64,000 nucleotides of DNA from Raja brachyura (GCA_963514005.1 OY740790.1:51832001-51896000), one strand, 5' to 3'; shown: positions 22,748 through 37,478, counted from the stretch's first letter. Numbers and translations: made by a program. Notes: generated by a model not told the origin, from the sequence alone.

Positions 22748-23594
22748 TAGATAGGAAACAATCAAAACCTCGTGCATAACTTTAAGGTGAGAAAGACAAA
22801 GTTTAAATTGGATATGTGGCACAAGACTTTTTACACAGAGAGTGGCGGGTGCCTAGAAACCACTGACAGTGATGGTTATTGAGGCAGATATGATGGTGGT
22901 ATATAAGACACCTTTGGTTGGCATATGGATAAGCAGGGAATGGAAGGATACAGATCATGTGCAGGCAGGTACAAGTTGGTCTTGACATGTTCGGCACGGA
23001 TATTGTGGGCTAAAGGGCCTGTTCTTGTGCTGTACTGTTCTATATTCTATATTCTTCTGCTTCAGTTGTCTCTTGGGATCAATTATCCACTTTGATTTTC
23101 TTGATACTGAGGTGACTGATGAGGCCATTTCTTTAAGAGACTTGAATCTTGAATCATTTCCTTTGTTTGCCCAGAAATTTCTTGCTGGGAATAGTCTGTC
23201 TGATTTGAGAGTATGATGTGCGGAAAGCAAACAACGTGGCTTGCCCAATGGAGTCAACTGGGTGTAATTGAGACTCAGTGCTGAGGTATTGGCCTGGGAG
23301 AATGAATTTGGAGAATTTTGTGGAAAAGAATTGGTATCATTTTCCCAGAACCTGCAGTAGGCAGCCCAGATCTCAGAAATATAATGGAGAGTAGGGATCA
23401 CTGCTGCTTGGGGGATCAGGAGTCCCCAATGCACAAACAACTGTCGAGTGTTGGCTGTATGTTAGAAGAGTCACAAGGCAGTCTCCTATTCCTCAGGGAT
23501 AGTCTAAATGAATCTTGATAAGAGTCATAGATTCTCCCAGCACTGAAAATCATCCCTTCAGTCACCATCTCTATTTGTATCCACCCAAACTAGT

Positions 23595-24100
23595 CTCATT
23601 TACCTGCCTTTGGACAGTAGCTGCCCAGCTCTTGCAGATGCCCCATGAATGTAGTCATTGTATCTCGTCGCACCAATCTTTGCAGCATGATGCAAATGTC
23701 AACTACTTTCTGCGTGAAAAAATACGTGCTCCTCAGAACCCTTTTAAAACTCATCATTCCCCTCGTCTTGAATCTTTGCCCTCGTGTTTTTGATACCCAC
23801 ATCATAGGAAGAGAACCTTGACTATATTATCGATTTCTGGTATAATCGTATAAACTGCTACAAGGTCTTCACTCAACCTCCTTGGCCCCAGTGAAAACAA
23901 ACCAAGCCTATTCAATCTCCTCCAACAACTAAATGCCTCCATACCAGCAACATTCAGGTGAATCTCCTTTACATTCTCTCCCATCCAAGCCCATCCTCCT
24001 ATAGCATGACAACCAGAACTGCACATGGTAACTTGTGTGGTCCAACTAGTGTTTTGTAAAATTGCAACATAATATCCCAATGTTTATATTCTATGACCTG
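23595..24100 (-). mobile_element. Degenerate CR1 fragment
   Basis: RLNRLGLFSL..RRL.EDL motif. Confidence 0.8.
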
Positions 24101-24284
24101 ACCAATGAAAGCAAGCAAGCCACATGCCACCATCACCACCATGCTTTTAGTGAGCTACAAATTTCGACACCTAGTTCTCATTGTTCATCAACATTCATAA
24201 GCACCCTACTGTGTACTTGTCCTACCTCATTTGAGTTCCCCAAATGTGCCACCTCACATTCGTTGGGATTAAATTCTATCTGAG

Positions 24285-24685
24285 AGGTGGTTTACGGAAA
24301 GTGGACATACGTTTAAGATGAGGCTGAGGGGTCATTTTATACAGGAGTATAAAATCATGAAGGGAATAGATAAGGTGAATGCACAGAGCCTTTTACCCCG
24401 AGTAGGGGAATCAAGAACCAGAGGACATAGGTTTAAGGTGAGAGAAGAAAGATTTAGTAGGAACCTGAGGGGCAGATTTTTCACACAGAGGGTGGTGGGT
24501 ATATAGAGCGAGATAGCAGAGGAGGTAGTTGAGACAGGTACTGTAACAACATGAAAAAAAACCATATAGACAGGTGCATGAATAGGAAAGGTTTAGAAGG
24601 ATATGGGCCAAACATGGGCAGGTGGGACTAACGTAGAGAGGGCATCTTGGTTGGTATGAACAAGTTGGGCTAAGGGGCCTGTTTC
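24285..24685 (+). mobile_element. CR1 3' end
   Basis: RLRG...YKIMKGIDKV...RTRGH..K...FFTQRVV followed by the 3' UTR. Confidence 0.88.
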
Positions 24686-26010
24686 ATAGAAACATAGAAA
24701 TTAGGTGCAAGAGTAGGCCATTTGGCCCTTTGAGCCTGCACCGCCATTCAATATGGTCATGGCTGATCATCCAACTCAGTATCCCGTACCTGCCTTCTCT
24801 CCAGACCCTCTGATCCCCTTAGCCACAAGGGCCACATCTAACTCCCTCTTAAATATAGCCAATGAACTGGCCTCAACTACCCTCTGTGGCAGAGAGTTCC
24901 AGAGACCCACCACTCTGTGTGAAAGAATTCCTTCTCATCTCGGTCCCAAAGGATTTCCCCCTTATCCTTAAGCTGTGACCCCTTGTCCTGGAGCTCCCCA
25001 ACATCGGGAACAATCTTCCTGCATCTAGCCTGTCCAACCCCTAAGAATTTTGTAAGTTTCTATAAGATCCCCTCTCAATCTCCTAAATTCTAGAGAGTAT
25101 AAACCGAGTCTATCCAGTCTTTGTTCATAAGACAGTCCTGACATCCCAGGAATCAGTCTGGTGAACCTTCTCTGCACTCCCTCTATGGCAATGATGTCCT
25201 TCCTCAGATTTGGAGACCAGAACTGTACGCAATACTCCAGGTGTGGCCTCACCAAGACCCTATACAACTGAACTAGAACCTCCCTGCTCCTATACTCAAA
25301 TCCTTTTGCTATGAAAACTAACATACCATTCGCTTTCTTCACTGCCTGCTGTACCTGCATGCCTACTTTCAATGACTGGTGTACCATGACACCCAGGTCG
25401 CGCTGCATCTCCCCTTTTCCTAATCGGCCTCCATTTAGATAATAGTCTGTTTTCCTATTTTTGCCACCAAAGTGGATAACCTCACATTTATCCACATTAT
25501 ACTGCATCTGCCAAACATTTGCCCACTCACCCAGCCCATCCAAGTCACCTTGCAATCTCCTAGCATCCTCCTCACAGCTAACACTGTCCCCCAGCTTAGT
25601 GTCATCCGCAAACTTGGAGATATTGCCTTCAATTCCCTCATCCAGATCATTTATGGATATTGTAAATAGCTGGGGTCCCAGCACTGAGCCTTGCGGTACC
25701 CCACTAGTCACTGCCTGCCATTGTGAAAACGACCCGTTTACTCCTACTCTTTGCTTCCTGTTTGCCAGCCAGTTCTCTATCCACATCAATACTGAACCCC
25801 CAATGCCGTATGCTTATATAAGTTTATATACTAATCTCTTATGTGGGACCTTGTCGAAAGCCTTCTGGAAGTCCAGATACACCACTCCACTGGTTCTCCC
25901 CTATCCACGCTACTAGTTACATCCTCGAAAAATTCCACAAGATTCGTCAGACATGATTTACCTTTCGTAAATCCATGCTGACTTTGTCCAATGATTTCAC
26001 CACTTTCCAA
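24686..26010 (-). mobile_element. CR1 LINE, 5'-truncated, relatively young (RT C-terminal ORF 25025-25789)
   Basis: QHGFTKGKSCLTNL, SGVPQGSVLGP, FADDTKL, RPHLEYCVQFW, RRLRGDLIE; (TTTCTATG)n tail at 24686. Confidence 0.95.
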
Positions 26011-26029
26011 ATGTCCATGTTGTATGACT

Positions 26030-26930
26030 CTCTCCGTCAATGTCTGCCCACGTTTCCAACTGATCTATATCCTAATGTGAGGGCACATTTCATCCAACAG
26101 ACTGACTCTCCTGAAAATGATGAGGGTTTGATAGATCTCTTCCAGCATAGCAATATCAAAGTCAAAGTATTTGAGTTCCTGAACTATGATAGCAGAATGG
26201 TGTTCAGGTCTGCCACTACTGGGCGGCATCCGAGTTCGATCCTGACTATGGGTGCTGTCTGTACAGAGTTTGTAAATTCACCCTGTGACCGCATGGGCTT
26301 TCTCTGGGTGCTTTGGTTTCCTCCCACACTCCAAGAACATACAGGTTAATTAGGTTTGTAATACAAGTTTGTAGGTTAATAGGCTTCAGTTAAAGAATGT
26401 GTGAATTATCCCGAGTGTGTAGGATTGTGTTTGTAAGGTGCAATAATTGGTCGATGCGGACTTAGCGGGCCGAAGGGCCTGTTTCCGCATTGTATGTCCA
26501 ACATCTAAGATCCACTGGGATTGTCCATGAGTATCCTGACATTCAAGATCATATTGTGGAGTTGAAGTTGCCTGTCCAAGGTTTCTTTCAAATTAGGGCA
26601 GTCCTTGCAAACCAGTTGTCACACGGGCTTCACAGAGTCAGGAATGGGAGAGTCATTTAGAGCCAGGATAGCTCATTGTTGATGGAAAAGTTCACTCCGA
26701 AGATGATATTCTTCTTCACACCTGCTCCAACAGAATAGGGCACACCCATCGCCTTGGATTGTGAACTGGCTGCCTCCCAAAAACATGTGGCAAACCCAAT
26801 GTTAAAGCATTTGTGTACTGAGCTATGAAACCAAAATGGCTTTCACATCTGTCACTGTCGGGACTGGTGTCCAAGAGGGTCCTGACATTCCAGATCCTAG
26901 ACTGGATTATGGGGAGAAAGCTGCTTCGAT
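26030..26930 (-). mobile_element. Old RTE-type LINE endonuclease fragments (interrupted by a SINE)
   Basis: WNVRTLLD at about 26890 and PEHHSAIIVQELKYFDFDIAMLEE at about 26200, resembling the RTE motif RRTALVARELxRYxIDIAALSE. Confidence 0.6.
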
Positions 26931-28519
26931 GTTGGTTTCTTTTAATGAGGTGAAACCATTGCACAAACAATTTCCACCTGTCGGTCACACCTGCACAACT
27001 CTGCTGGTGACTGTGTAGCTTTACTTTTGACTATGAAATGCATTGTTGTTTAACTACAATAAGCACATTATATAAATGTAGTTGAAAACAAGGTGCTGGA
27101 ACAACTCAGTCAGTCAGGCAGCATCTGTGGAGGCAAAGGGCCAGTCAACGTTTTGTGTCATGACCCCGCATTAGGGAGATGGCCAGTATAAAGAGGTGAG
27201 GCAGGAACTGGCAAAAGTTAGGAAAGGTTCGAGGACAAACAGACTTACACTTTGCCTTCACAGTTGCTGCCTGACCCACAGAGTTCCTCCAGCACCTTGC
27301 TTTTTTGTTCAAGTTCACAGCATCTACAGTCTCATGTATCTCCAGATACATGCAAGTTTTAACAGTCTCTTACCAAATCATAGCTGGAAGCAGCGGCGTG
27401 TTTCAGAAGACTAGCCACGTTTGTATACAGTCATTTTTGTTCAGTATTTTAGTTATTTTAGATTGAATCGCTGAATGAATGATTCACTGTGTTAAGACCC
27501 TCGGAGGTGCCAATTGGCTCTGCTTATTCCTGTTTTTACAGAAATCTTGATCCAAGAGTAATTCAAATATAACGTGCCTTGACAAACACATTATTCTTCT
27601 TGTAAGATTTTAATGTAACAGGAGTACATGGGAAATTATTTGGCATTTTGAGATTTTATTTCTTCCTTTGATTGTCTATCTGATGTCAGCGGAATAAGAT
27701 CTGCATTGTTATTAATCCTGACTACTGTGGCCAGTACCTGACATGTTGATACATTACTTCCTCTTCCAGTGTATAAACCATACATTCAATGTTTGCTTTC
27801 ACCAGAAAACTCTCAGGAAAGGGGGCTGCATTCAAAGGAAAATTCTAAAATATGTTTTTTTAAACAAAGCCGTGGAATGTGTAAAACTGGCTTCATTTTT
27901 AACCAAGTGAACAATTGTGACTCAAATACCTTTTAATTAGTTGATGCAACATCATTGCACCCCAAGGAAACGTTCCCAGAGTTGCTTCGTCCCTTATGAA
28001 TGTTTAAACTTTGTTATTCTATCCTTTCACCTCTTTCTCTTGCACTTTGTTCAACCTGTTATTTCCATTTGATCCCATGCCATGGAGTTAAGCACATTTG
28101 CATTTAGGTAGGATTTGTTTGGGCTTGAGAGATTGTGCATGGAATTCTGTCTGTTGGGAATAATGCTTCTTTGTCACAGTGATGGTGGAGCATCTTGTGT
28201 TGACATGTTCCTTAAACAAAGATCCAAATGAAATCAGTTGTGTTAGATATAGATTTTTGAAGAGACATTTTGAACCTGCAAGCACGCAAACACTATAATG
28301 AACAGTGATTTGTTGCTCTTGAAAGTCAGAGATCCAAAGTAATGTGTTGGAAAGAACTGCAGATACTGTTTTTTTGTGTCCAGCATCTAAAGTAATATAC
28401 TGTTGTAATCAATGTGGTTATTGTTCTCCCTGGTTCTAGAAATCATTGCACACTTTGCATACTCAACATTAAAGATGTTTAATTTAGCTTTGAAAAGCTT
28501 TTTTTTCCTTGTGTGCAAT

Positions 28520-29045
28520 TCAGTCAATGAAAAGACAGTAAATGATTACAATTGAGCCATCTCCACTATAAAGATTCAGGATAAAGGATATATTACTTAG
28601 TGCAAGATAAAGTCTGAGTAAAGATAGTTCAAGGTCTCCAATGAGGTAGATGGGAGGTCAGGACCACACACTAGCTGGTGAGCAAACGGTTCAGTTGCCT
28701 GATAACAGGAGGGAAGAAACTGTCCCTGAATCTGGAGGTATCTGTTTTCAAACTTCTGTAACTAGTCTGATGGGAGAGGGAGTGAGACTAGTCCTTGATT
28801 AGGCTGGTGGCCTTGCCAAAGCAGCGTGTACTTGGAGTCCATTGAAAGGAGGTTGGTTTGTGTGATGGTCTGGGCTACATCCACAACTATGCTATTTCTT
28901 GCAGTCTTAGATTGAGCTGTTCCCAATCCACATGGATAAAATGCTTTTAATGGTGCTTCTGTAGAAGTTGGTGAGGGTTGTTGGGGACTTGCCAAATTTC
29001 CTAAGCCTTCTAAGGAAGTAGAGGCGTTGGTGTGCTTTCCTGGCC
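28520..29045 (-). mobile_element. Rex1/Babar-type LINE 3' fragment
   Basis: Same family as 16728-17140. Other pieces at about 2780-3100(+), 5428-5570(-), 29335-29612(+) and 63845-64000(-). Confidence 0.8.
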
Positions 29046-30376
29046 GTTTGAATTCTTGGCAATTAAATTGTTTGGGAAAACCATGTGGTAAAATTCATGA
29101 AGAGCACCTCTGCTGTTTGCCATTTTTGAATGTACATCGCTCAATCAAAAATAACTGCAATAATCAAAGTCTAATTTTTATAGAGGAATTTAGCTTCTTT
29201 ACTCATTAAAGGAATGAATTGACATGTTAATAAAAACAGTAGATGAGTGTCCTTCATTGTAAAGGGCAAAATGATCAAGTAAAACTGCAATTTTCAGCTC
29301 AAGCCCAATCTTTCTAAGTGATCAGTCAGAAGGTTTCATCCTTCCCAGCTGTCTGTCATCAGGCAACTGAACGGTCCTCTCATCAGCTAGATTGTGGTCC
29401 TGACTACCCATCTACCTCATTAGAGACCATTGAACTAACTTTAATTGAACTTTATCGTGCACAAATGTTTGTTCACTTTATCCTTCGTGCACTGTGCATG
29501 GATGGCTTGATTGTAATCACAGTCTTTTCTTTGACTGGATAGCACACGAACAAAACCTTTTCACTGTATCTAGGACACGTGACATTAATAAACTCATCTA
29601 AACTAAACTAAAAGAGCAAACTTTGTACCAAGATGACAAGCTTGTCACTTTATCTTTGGGGCTCCACCAGAATCAGCAAAATAATCCACAATGGAAAACT
29701 AATTTAGCCTCCCTTCAGCAGAAAAATAGTACCTTTTCTGGCAAATGGCCACGGGTTGATGAATACAGTAGCCGTTGGCAGAGTGGTGATTAAAATGATG
29801 GAGAGAGAGTTAAAGGTAGATAGGTTTATCATTCAACGACCATCTTTACCTGGTACCCTCTATCATTTTCACATCTGATTAGTCCCAAAGCAACAATGAC
29901 TTCCAATTATTAGAATAATATTATGTGCAAAATACCAGAGAAATATCAAAATATGGCATATAAATTGATATCTTGAAGTGACATGCATTTAATATGTTAT
30001 AATCTCCATGGTTCTTTGGTGGTACACTCCGTTTAGTCTAATGTAGGCAAGAATCTAACTGAATTTGATTGCTGAATGCCTCTTTGAACAGAACAGTGCA
30101 GGTCGTTTGTCCACCATGTCAGCAGTTACCTTGATACTATTCCTCTGTCTGTCTTGTGCCTTGAAGCCTCTTAAACATTTCTACCGTATATCCTTCCACC
30201 ATCTTTCTTGGCAACACGTTCCAGCCACCCACCCCTCTTTGTGCAGGGTAATCAAAAATGCCCCCCTTTTAAACTTTTCTTCCCTCACTGTAAACCAATG
30301 TCCTCAAGTATTAGGCATTTACACCCTGGGAACAAGAATGATGATCTACCTGTCATAATGTTGTAGTATATTTTTT

Positions 30377-30686
30377 GTTTAGTTTAGTTTAGAGATGCAG
30401 CGCAAAAACAGGCCCTTCGGCCCACCAAGTCCACGCCGACTGCCGATCCCCGCACATTAACACAATCCTACACACACTAGGGACAATTTACACATATAAC
30501 ATGCCAATTAACCTACATACCTGTACGTCTTTGGAGTGTGGGAGGAAACCGAAGATCTCGGAGAAAACCCACACGGTAATAGGCAGAAGGTACAAACTCC
30601 GTACAAACAGCACCCGTAGTCGGGATCGAACCTGGGTCTCTGGCGCTGCAAGCGCTGTAAGGCAGCAACTCTACCGCTGCGCCACC
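30377..30686 (-). mobile_element. tRNA-derived V-SINE (HE1-like)
   Basis: Reverse complement of the 43089-43402 family. Other copies at about 26228-26500(+) and, diverged, 32880-33080(-). Confidence 0.88.
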
Positions 30687-33357
30687 AAGCCGATAGTCTT
30701 CTATCAGATCGCCGCAAGGTTTCTGGCATTTAAGATAAAATAATCCAATGATAGAATAAAAGTGCTGGAGTAACTCACTTGTGGAAAAAAACCCTCCAGA
30801 AATGCTGCCTGACTCACTGAGTTACTTCAGCACTATCTTTGGTATAAACCAGCATCTGCAGTTCTTTGTTTCTAAAATAATCCAAGTCTGTTCAGCCTCC
30901 CCTTACAGATGATACAATACAATCCTGGCATCCTGGATAATTTCTTCTATATCTCCTCCATGTTCTTTCTCTAATGTGATGACCAGAACCGCACAAAATA
31001 TTCCAAATGTGGCCTAAATAAAGTTTTATATAACTGCAACACTAACTTCCTAACTTTTACACTGAATGCCCTGACCGATGAGGGCAAATATGTCGCATAT
31101 CTTCCTTGCCACCTAATCTACTTGGCTTGCCACTTTTGGGGGATCTATGGACTTGCACATTAAGGTCCCTCCAAACATCTGTGTTCCTAAAGTTCTGCAC
31201 TTCGCAGTATATCTTCATATTTTACCTCTCAAAATACCTCACCTCACCTCACATTGGTCTGTATTAGACACTGCCCACATTTTCATCCTGGTAGGTTATT
31301 TATCCACATTGCCTTTCCTGGACAAAGGAACAACACTGCCCATTCTTCAGTCTTGTCGGAGCTTGCTTGTGGTTTACCTGTGAACAAAGACCTCTGTCAA
31401 GGCCCCAGCAATTTTCTTCCTTCCCTCCCTTAGTATCCTGGGATGGTCCTAGAATCTTATCCACCTAAATGTTTTTCCAGACACTCAATATCTCTTCTAT
31501 CTTAATACGAACATGCCCAACATATCAATACATCACTCCCTGATCTCACCATCATCTATGTTCTATCCCTCTTGTGCAGTTTCCATTTGCCCTATGAGAG
31601 TGTTAAACAATCCAGGTATCTAAAGACTTCCTCCTGCCTTGCATGCCAAAGTATCTCTTTTTTTTCTCTTGGAATTATTCAAGGTTAATATCAAGTATTA
31701 TGCACTAGATGCTATTTGGATATTTTTTTTTGGTAAGATCTTCATGGAATTATCATCATCAAAGGTGTTCTGTTGTAAATTATCTGACATAACATTAATA
31801 CATACCCAAAATATTCCAACAACCTTTAATTTCAGATGTTACAAAGGCAATTTTGCGATGATATAGGAGTCCTATATGATACTGAATAATACGCATTTGC
31901 TCTGTAAAATCTAGGTTGAATGAAACTGCCTGTCGTTGATATAAATCAGAAAAAATCTGTGCTCTCTCTCATCTCAAATATAAGCAATCTCTTCCATAAA
32001 CTTAGGAAAATAGTGAAGGTTTTCACATAATTGTGGCACACTTTGAATTAGCATAAAGACCATCCATTTTGAATGCAGTTAACTATCTAGCAAATGACCA
32101 AGAAATTTCCTTTTGATTGAGCACAATAATACACCGTACATTACAGAAGTAGTGTCTTTGTCTTCAGGATCCCCACCGCATGGTGCACTGTTCCTCAGCA
32201 AATCAGCAGACAACCCATCTACACCTATGCCTCTGTCAGCACTGATCCGAAACAGATGGCTGGGAAAGTATGTGGCTGATGGAATCCTCAAAAGGGGCTT
32301 GACACACCTTCTCAGTTTTCCCTTCTGAATATGAAGGAGTGTCTGGCTTTTCCTCAGAATATTTCCTTTCCTCTTTCATTCGCTCGGGTTTAAAATTAGA
32401 AAGTCGCTATTTGTTTGTGGGAGAGAAGCCAAGTCCCACCATTGCAGGACTGCCGTTTCTTTGCAATAAATCAGAAACTGGGGGCAGTGGCTTTTTAAAA
32501 CATTTCTGCGTGGAGCAAGCATTCCTTAAGTGAAGCATCGGTCAAGTGCATGGTGATGGATTTAGCTGTTAATGCCACCACCAGCATGCCATGTACTTTA
32601 CTCCCAAGGAGCACAATTATATTATGAGAATGGGAATGATAACTATGCTGATTTGACGTTCTCCAGATGTGTTCATTGACAGAAACTTAGCCCCAAATCT
32701 CCCTCTCCTTCCATGTTTAGCTATATCTCTTATCAAAGTTTGTATTTGAGGCATAGAGCAATACAATACGGAAACTGTTTCCTTTGGGTCAACCGGAACT
32801 CATTTTACGGTTATGGTTGACCCAACCCCCCCCCCCATTCCATCAACTTTCCCCCCAGATTCAACCACTCATCTATACATCGGTGACAATTTAACTAACC
32901 AATTAACCTACCAACTTCCATGCTTCTTGGAGATGTGGGAGGAATCTAAAGTACCCAGAGGAAACCCACATGGTCGCAGTGGAAACATGCAAACTCTACC
33001 TGGACAGCAGCAGAAGCCCGGCTTGAACCTGTGTAACTGGAGTTATGAGATAACAACTTCTCTTGCTGCAGCACTGTGCCCCAAATTCTTTTGTACGTTG
33101 CATTTACAGTCTTAAGCCTTCGTGAGAAAGCTGCATGGAACACAAGGAACAGATAAGAAAAAGCTATGTTAAGGTCAAGGCGGTTCCAGCTTCACAGGTA
33201 AGGGTTATCTCTCTCTCTCTCTCTCTCTTTCCATAGTTGCATGTTGATAATTGCAGATCATCTAAGCATTTAAAGAGTGAAACCCTTTGTGGTAAGTACA
33301 AGGCTGCATGTGAGTGAAGGGGCAGCAGCTGTATGGCCATGCGAATCCAATCAGTTA

Positions 33358-33934
33358 AGGGCCTGTCCTACAAGCATGCAACTCCATGCGATGAGCGCGA
33401 CCTAACGTGGTCGCTTGAGCCGTCCGGCGTCGCGGGGCCGGTCCCACTTCGATCGCCGGAGCCGTGCGGAATTGTGTGGAGTTCGTCCCGACATCGCGCG
33501 GGGCTCCGAAAAACTGACTATGTTCGAAAATTCCGCGCGGCAACGGCTTGTCGGCTCGCAGTCGCCTCGATGCATGACACACCGCCTCGACATCGTGCCT
33601 CCGTGAACCTATCTGTAGGTGCCTCCGTGAACCTCTATGTGTGTGGCTCCGTGGCCCTCTGTGTGTGTCCTCTGTGCACCTCTCTGTGTGCCCCTCTCTG
33701 TCCTGGCGAACTTACCTTAAGACTTTGCTCCAAGTTCGCCTCACTTTACGCGGCGTTGCGCCACTCACCCGACCTCCACGCGGCCCTCGCTGCTGGTTTG
33801 GTCGCGCTTACCGCATGCAGGCGCATGCTGGTGGGAACGGCCCTGTACAGGGGATCACCCGACCTCCGCGTGGCCCCCGCTTGTAGTTTGATCGCGCTCA
33901 TCGCATGGAGTCGGATGCTGGCAGGACAGGCCCT
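33358..33934. mobile_element. PIF/Harbinger-type MITE, family A, with duplicated right end
   Basis: Same TIR, TTA TSD on both sides, and an extra internal right-end copy finishing at about 33844. Confidence 0.88.
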
Positions 33935-36900
33935 TTATACTTTCTCTCATGTAACTTTTGTAGGATTAATTGTTTCTTTTCCTTTTTTCTTAGTTTATAA
34001 TTTGAACCTGCGACTGTATTACTTTCAACTACTGCAGGTATTGTGTATAATTGTAGTAACTGTGTCAGCACTTGCAGACCAGGATAAAATTGGCAGTTAG
34101 TGAGAAGTAGATTTCCTGCTATAAATGACCGAGCCAAATGCAAAATACATTGTTATGACAAGAAACATGAAATGGAGAAAAAGGAAATGGCAAAATGGAA
34201 GTCTGAATAAATAGAAAAATGGACGTCTGTGCGCTTGGTCTCTATAACTAAATTAGAATCAGTTTGGATTCCTCCAAAAATTAGTTACAAATAAATGGAA
34301 ATACGGTTTGTTTACTTTTTCCCAACACTCCAACATTTATTTGTCTATAATACTCCTTGTGTACAAAAGGACACATCACATAAAATTGGAGGCTGAAGTT
34401 GAAGAGATGAGGATACTACATTTTCGGCAACTTTTTAAAAGTTCTTTTTCAGAATCTGGGCAAATACTGGGAAGTCTAGTATTAATTGTTTATTCCCTAC
34501 CTCTATTGAGATGTGGTGGTGATGGTGAGCCACCTTTTTGAACTTCTACACTCCTTTTTGGTGAAGTACTGCCACAAGAATGTTGTGGTAGGGCTTTCCA
34601 GGATTCAGATCTAATGATGGTAAAGGACCATTGAATACATAGTCAGGTCAGGGTGTTGTGCGAGTTGGAAGGGAACTGCCAAGTGGTGAGGTTCCTGTGC
34701 TCCTGCTGCCTAGCTCTCCTTGATAGTAGATGTCATGGGCTTGGAAAGTGCAGTCAAAGAAGACTGGGCCAGTTACATGCATGCCAGCATAAATTTGGAC
34801 TGAGCAATTACAATTAAATCCCATTCCAGCCCAGTTGGCGTTTTGTAACTTGCAATACATTGAACAATGTGGCACAAAATGCAATGTTTCTCCTTATTCT
34901 TGAAGCTTTCATTTTGCTTTGATAACACCTGGAGGATAGCCAGGATGTGTAAATATTCCAAAGCACAAAAATGTTTTGAAGCACTGCCTACTGTGCCCCG
35001 GATTTATCATAAGTCTCAAAATCAGGCGGACTTCAAAAACAATGCTATCTCCAAGGTAAGTTTCTATCTATGTCATTGTGAGTGCTCGTGAGAATGGAAG
35101 AGGATGTAGTGGTAAACACACCATTTGCTGAATAAAAAGCATTAAAAATGTAAACACATGTATTTAATAATGACAGAAAATTATACTGGTACAAAACAAA
35201 TTATTTTGATTGCATCTTATGCACCCAGTGCTCAGAAAAGGCATCAGTTTTCTCACATTTAGCTGGAGTTGTCTGGTGGGAAGTAAATCAGAGTAATTCT
35301 CTGCTGCCCACAATGGTTCTTTTCTTGTCTTCTGAGCACATTCTAGGGGAAGAAATAAAGCATTGGCCAGTTAAAAGAACAAATGTATTGAAATGGAACC
35401 TTGATGATCTTAGGATGTCCCAAAACCTTTTCATAAGATCATAAGATCATGATAGGAGTAGAATTAGGACATTCGGCCAATCATGTCTACGCCCCCCCCC
35501 CCCCCCCCCCCCCCCATTCAATTATGGCTGATCTAGCGCTCCTTCCTAACCACATTCTCCTGCTTTCTCCCCATAATCTCTGACACCCGTGTTAATAAAT
35601 AATCTATTTTTTGCTGTGTTAAATATATTCACTGACTTGGCTTCCACAGCCTTCTGTGGTAAAGAATTCCACAGATTCTCCACCCTCTGACTAAAGAAAA
35701 TTCCTCATCTCCTTCCTGGGCAGGTGGGTGTAGCGTAGGTGGGGCGTGTCGGTCGGAGTGGACAAGCTGGGCCGAAGTGCATGCTTCCATGCTTTATGAC
35801 TCTATAGGTTGCCAAACAAGTGGACTGTCTAGCAGTGGTTAGTGTTGAACATCTTGAGTACATTTGCAGCTGCCCTCATCCAAGTAAGTGGAGAATTGAA
35901 TTACCAATCATGAAAAGAGGCATTAGGACTGCAGAGTTTTGGTGTGACATGTTGATTTGAAATAGCTTCGCTGTTTAGCACACACAATCCAATGTTCCTG
36001 TTTCTTCAAGTTGGCTCTTCATTTGGATATATCTTATGTAATTCCAGGCATGACCTTCTCTGCTCCTCGTGAAACCAGAATTGACCCCCTGGATTGTCAG
36101 TGATGACAGAATGAAGGATATGCTGGTTTCTGAGGTCATGTATTGTGGCAGCTAGCAAAGCTGAGGGTGGTACAATGCCAAATCTCATACATTTTAGGGA
36201 TGGTTTGGGACAAAGCTTCTTCAATGCACTATTGGAAGCCCTGTGCTATTAAACCATGTTGGTGGAGGCTGGAGTACTTCAGACTAGCATGGTAGGCCCA
36301 GTAGCAAAACTACACTGGTAAGAGCTAATATGACATAGCAATAAAGAAGTAGATGAAACTATGTTAGCAACATACCACTACCGTACCACTAAGAGATTTA
36401 AGTTCCCTGCACATGGAGCAGGTGTGGGATGACCCAGTGCATCATTTCCAGGCAGAGGCTCAAGTCTTGGGGATTTGGCACAATACTATCACTTTGTAAT
36501 CTGCCTTAAAAAGATTTCAGTACTTTCTCTGCATTTTTACAGACAAATTCTTCGAAGAATCCATGTGTATGTGTAATAGACTTTCTGTCGAGCACCAATT
36601 TCATTTCAATGATGCAAGTTCAAATCTGTACAGATATTGTCCAGATTTTAGTCTGTTCATCAACTTTGCATTTCCTAATCTCTTGGCATAAGTATTAGAA
36701 TTGAATTAGTTTTTGTTTTAAACATAATTAATACACAGGGGATGTTGTTTAAATTTCTAGCAAACCCATTTCCCTTAAATCCTTCAAGACCTCTACAAAG
36801 CTGAGCCTGCTTACATTCAAAGATACAATAAAAGCTGTTGTTAACTGAAATCAGACAAGCATTAACTTGTTGAATCCCATATGTCACATTCTCCTGTTGT

Positions 36901-37263
36901 TGTATACAACTTTTTTGTAATCTTCTTTGAGAGATCATTGCTGCTTTTGTAAGTATGAATCTAATATTAGTTGTTGATAGTCATAGAATGGTGCAGTGTG
37001 GAAACAGACCCTTCGGCCCAACTTGTCCACACCGGCCAACATGTCCCAGCTACACGGGTCCCACCTGCAATATTATCATTGTGGCAGGGTTAAGTGCCCT
37101 TAAAAGAATTGGCCTATATCCCTCCAAACCTGTCCTATCAGCAATATTATCATTCTTTTAAGGGCACTTAACTACGGGATCATTTGAAACTAATAATTAT
37201 CATGCCCACTAGTATGAAGGCATAAAGCTATTTTAAATCATAAGGGATACGTATAAATCATAC

Positions 37264-37478
37264 CTTGGATTGGGAGCTCTGTGCATTAGAAATCCTTCTG
37301 CTCTTCTTGCGTTCTTGCACATTCGGAGGGACGGGTGTTTGATCGGACCCATGTGGTGAGCACAGTGAATAAACACCACACAATGATTTGGAGCTGTTAT
37401 CGGTTGCTCTGGTGGGGCTTGGTTTACCAGCCGACATCGTGTATGCCTTCGGAGACTTCTTACGGGAGGCGTTAGCGC
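37264..37478 (-). CDS. Putative host exon (phase 1/0): ANASRKKSPKAY...RRISNAQSSQSK
   Basis: Strong acceptor TTCTTTTCATTCTTACCTTCAG, donor AAG|GTATGA, 215 nt open, CpG retained. Confidence 0.65.

Larger units (their letters stand above)
20680..23050 (+). mobile_element. Degenerate CR1 LINE hosting the Tc1 insertion
   Basis: VTSGVPQGSVL...EYRTQF upstream of the Tc1 and the CR1 3' UTR downstream of it. Confidence 0.85.

Noticed and set aside
33333-34100. 255-aa ORF and similar ORFs at 19904-20393 and 56986-57568
   Set aside because: They lie in GC-rich MITEs where stops are rare; no protein motifs, and frames are not conserved between copies.
35492-35515. Long C/G homopolymers (also about 58689 and 60238)
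   Set aside because: Simple slippage expansions inside old repeats, with unreliable assembled length.
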